Assembly: GCF_004010195.1 (NCBI RefSeq)
Contig: NC_057755.1
Location: 4,053,462-4,117,461, forward strand
Reading direction: 5' to 3'
Source: Chiloscyllium plagiosum
Taxonomy: Eukaryota
DNA length: 64,000 nt
Every line of letters starts with the position of its first letter. Position 1 is the stretch's first letter. The notes under the pieces were generated by a model, which was not told where the DNA came from, made no database searches, and saw only the letters and a program-made list of their open reading frames with translations. Positions 60,698 through 64,000 of this stretch are shown piece by piece. The translations under genes and the position numbers were made by a program.

Positions 60698-61111
60698 AAT
60701 TCTTGTACTGAGTGTAGGTGACGACTCAAATGGGAACTTCTGACCCAGTATTTTTGCTTTCTTTTGCATATCTCTAAATGCAGAATTGTAGTACATGTGT
60801 ATCACAAAAACAGGAATTGTTGTGATCTCAATTGTAATTTTACGAGGAATGTCTCTCACTCGTATTACACGTGGGTCAATAGCCTGAAGGGAGCAGGGAT
60901 TCTCTTGGCAGTGTGATTCTGTGAGCATTTTTCGTTTAAATTTTACCTTGTGTGGGTTCCTAGCCAAGAGCGAACAATTAACCCCATTGTCCAAGTGTTA
61001 TTGTGAGTATCTCTCAAAATAAAGATACACTGAGTGCGTGTTACTAACTGGACATATAAATTTACCCAAGAGGACTTCCATAAGTAGGAACATCTCAGAC
61101 GATACAATTTA

Positions 61112-61295
61112 ACTCAGAGTTAATGTTTTGGGTTGAGCGACCTTTCCTCAGCACTCCGCTTCTAAGGAAGGGACACTCAACTCGAAAAAGTTACTCTGAT
61201 TTATTTCCAAAGATGCTGCCAGACCTGCTGAGCTTTTATCCAGCAATTTCTATTTTTGTCTCTGATTTACAGCATCACCAGTTGTTCTGTTTTTA
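61112..61295. mobile_element. PLE-derived mini-element (family of 370-535 and 59068-59200)
   Basis: cagagttaatgttttgggttgag..cct / agggacactcaactcgaaaaagttactctg inverted arms; gatgctgccagacctgctgag. Confidence 0.65.
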
Positions 61296-62519
61296 TATAG
61301 AATTTAACTGTCTGTGGGGGACTAAATGAAATGGAATACCTGAAAACAATGGTCAATACGACCATAACGATATGAACCATACTGTCCTTCACTTGTATTA
61401 CATTCCTCATTTCTGTTCTGTCCACTGATGCTGTCAATGTAGTGTATAAATATACAATGAATTGCAAATTAGAAAATCTTCACAGTTGGTTGAATATGTT
61501 GGTACTTAGTTTACAAACTGAAATGTCCCCATGGAGATAAAAAGATGTGATAACGTTTTAATAAAGTAAAAGTAGCAGAGCTACAATGTTAATTCAATAA
61601 AATGCCCTACAGACATGTCATGTTTACTCAAATAATATTTATTATCCTTTTGGGACTGAGTAATCTTCCAGCAAAGTTAGGGCAAGTTGTGAGATATAGT
61701 TACATTAACTTCTGATCAAGACTCTAATAAGGATGGATATAGAACTGGAACTGTTGACACAGTTTTACACCAGAATGTGATCAGATTTAGCTTAACAGTT
61801 GATTAATCTGTAATTCCGAATTTTTCCACAGTTAATTAAAAGTAATCGCTACTTTTCACTTTGTGTCCTCCTGAGGTTTGTGGCCAGGTGGGGGCAGGTG
61901 GGCAGAGAGATTTGATGAGAAACGTCCATCAGTCACTTTTAAGGCAATATATAAAATCAAAAATATGAACAGCATTGGGAATGAAAAAATAAATGTTTTA
62001 ACAAATAACTGACTTTAGTCCCTTTAATGCCTTTAGTATGTCTGTAATTAATAATTGAGTTGAAGAATTAACAGGACAGAATACAGAACATTTGACATGT
62101 TCCTTTAATGTACTATACATGCCTCGCCCATTACAAAGAATTCGAAACCTGAATGAGTATTTTAACTAAATTAACTCTGGTTGTGTTGTACTTTATTGAT
62201 AGAAATAACATTGCCATATTTTGCATTACTAAATCCTTTAAAGTTTCAGGCCCCACATTTGACTATATTCCGCTCATTCTCGGTGAATTTCAAGAAACAG
62301 TGATACATACTTCTTTTCGGATGCTGCACATTCAATATAAAAAGTTATGACCCATTTATTTAACCATCAACAGTACGATTTGGTTCTGCCTACTCTCAGT
62401 GTACTTCATGTCACTAATACAGCTCACAACTCCTATTTCTAGAATGTCAACTTTTCTGTTCTTTTACTGTGATAATGACAAACATTCTGTCTTTGCCCAG
62501 GAGTCCAAACAGTACCAAA

Positions 62520-63170
62520 CCCATTTACTTGTACCACAGCCTCTGACCTTGCCGACACCTTCTCTTACCACCCTCTTGACCACAAAACCTCCTCTCATCA
62601 CTAAACCATCATCTCAACACTATCCACAAGCTCATCACCTCAGCCCACCCTCAGCCTCGAATCTCAGTTCCCCAACCCCGCACCGCTCCGTTTTATCTCT
62701 TGCTGAAAATCCACAAATCCGACTGCCCCAGTCGATCGATTATTTCTACCTGCCCCATTGAACTCATCTTCATTTATCTCAATTCCGTCCTGCCCCCCTT
62801 GGACCAGAAACTACCCCCATATGTTCTAGACACCACTCACGTCCTCTACCTCTTCCATGATTTTCGTTTCCCCGGTCCCCAACACCTCATCTTCACCCTG
62901 GACGTTCAGTTCTTATACACCTATATGCCCTATAAGGAAGGCCTTAAAGCCCTCTGTTTTACCCCTCTCACCAACCCAACTGGTCCCCCTCCACTGACAG
63001 TCTGATTCGCTTGGCAGAACTTGTGCTTGCATTTAACAACTTTTTATTTCAATCGTCCCGCTTCCTACAAAGTAGTGAGGTGGCCTGCCTCTTTGTAGGA
63101 TACATGTGTATACTCCCTCTTCCACAGCTACACTGGCACCATCCCCCACCTGTCAATGACCATATTTAGG
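62520..63170 (+). mobile_element. Penelope-like RT fragment (second family)
   Basis: PRTA.FYLL.KIHKSDCPSRSIIS..PIELI..LPPYVLDTTH.L..IFTLDVQFLYT..ELVL..NNF.F. Confidence 0.82.
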
Positions 63171-64000
63171 ATTCCTCCCTGCACCAATGGCACGCAATGA
63201 CCAGCAAAGAATACCACCAACAAGATGTAAAACATTTAAACTCCAAGTCTCTGTCCACAGCACCTGACAAAACTATGACCTCCAACATCTAGACGAACAG
63301 GGGCTGAAAATGCACAAGAATACCATATCACATGCCAATTCCCCTTTCAACCTAGATATCATTCTGACATGGAAATCTGTCATTACTCCATCACTGCTGC
63401 AGTCTAAATATTCGTCAACTTTCCTCCAAAAACACAGAGTTTTCCTGTCCACCAGATAATGCAAATGATCCGAACTGCCACTGTCCCGGATTATCACAAA
63501 GGCAATTAGAACTGGGTAATGAATATTGGCCTAGCCACCAAATCTCATATTCTGCGAGCACCTTTAAAAATAAACAGTATTTCCAAATCTGAAAGAATAT
63601 ATCTCTGAACTCGCAGGATTGTTATTGTTCAAGAAAGTGTCACATGGGAGAGAGCCTAAGAAATGTCCAAGGGAAAAGGGTAAAAGCTTGGTGCTGAGGT
63701 CCTGCTAGATTCAGGGTGTCACATATCCCAGAAGATGGCCAAGTCAAAGCATTTTTTGTCTAATTCAATGAACTTCCCAACTACTACTGGTCTCAAACCA
63801 GGAGAAAGGTCCTTTTGCCTTTGTTACATGTGGTCTATGTATTGGTGATCCCTATTTCAGAATACTATGCTGATTCGGGCGGAGGCTCTCTTATCCTTGA
63901 AACTGGGTCAGTTATGAGAGTCACATGTTTGTGTCAATGAACTTCATGTGAGGTTATCCAGTCCTAGGCAGTGGTCTAAAATGGGAAGCAGTGATCTGTA

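Noticed and set aside
60599..60994. Macro-domain or integrase-like reading of the 131-aa ORF
   Set aside because: Resemblance limited to a few residues; catalytic motifs absent and the C-terminus runs into a LINE tail

Overview
Repeat-saturated, gene-poor vertebrate genomic DNA, very probably from a shark. This is inferred from the HE1-type tRNA-derived SINEs, abundant HER1/CR1 LINEs and the GPR139-like receptor family; no database search was run. No intact cellular gene is evident. The only host-gene material is a minus-strand tandem cluster of GPR139/GPR142-like class A GPCR pseudogenes: two near-complete copies and one 3' remnant. The rest is nested retroelements: many CR1 LINE fragments, a Penelope-like element (PLE) with a GIY-YIG endonuclease and inverted pseudo-LTRs, about ten PLE-derived palindromic mini-elements, an internally deleted class I (epsilon-like) endogenous retrovirus, a Gmr1-like Gypsy 5' half, RTE, Rex1/Babar and Vingi/Ingi-like fragments, and SINEs. 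Highlights: (1) two identical minimal hammerhead ribozymes with intact cores on opposite strands of the PLE; (2) a family of TSD-flanked fold-back mini-elements carrying hammerhead remnants; (3) two different PLE-class insertions in the two GPCR paralogues at homologous TM3 sites whose TSDs lie only 2 bp apart. Repeat boundaries are approximate unless a TSD is quoted.
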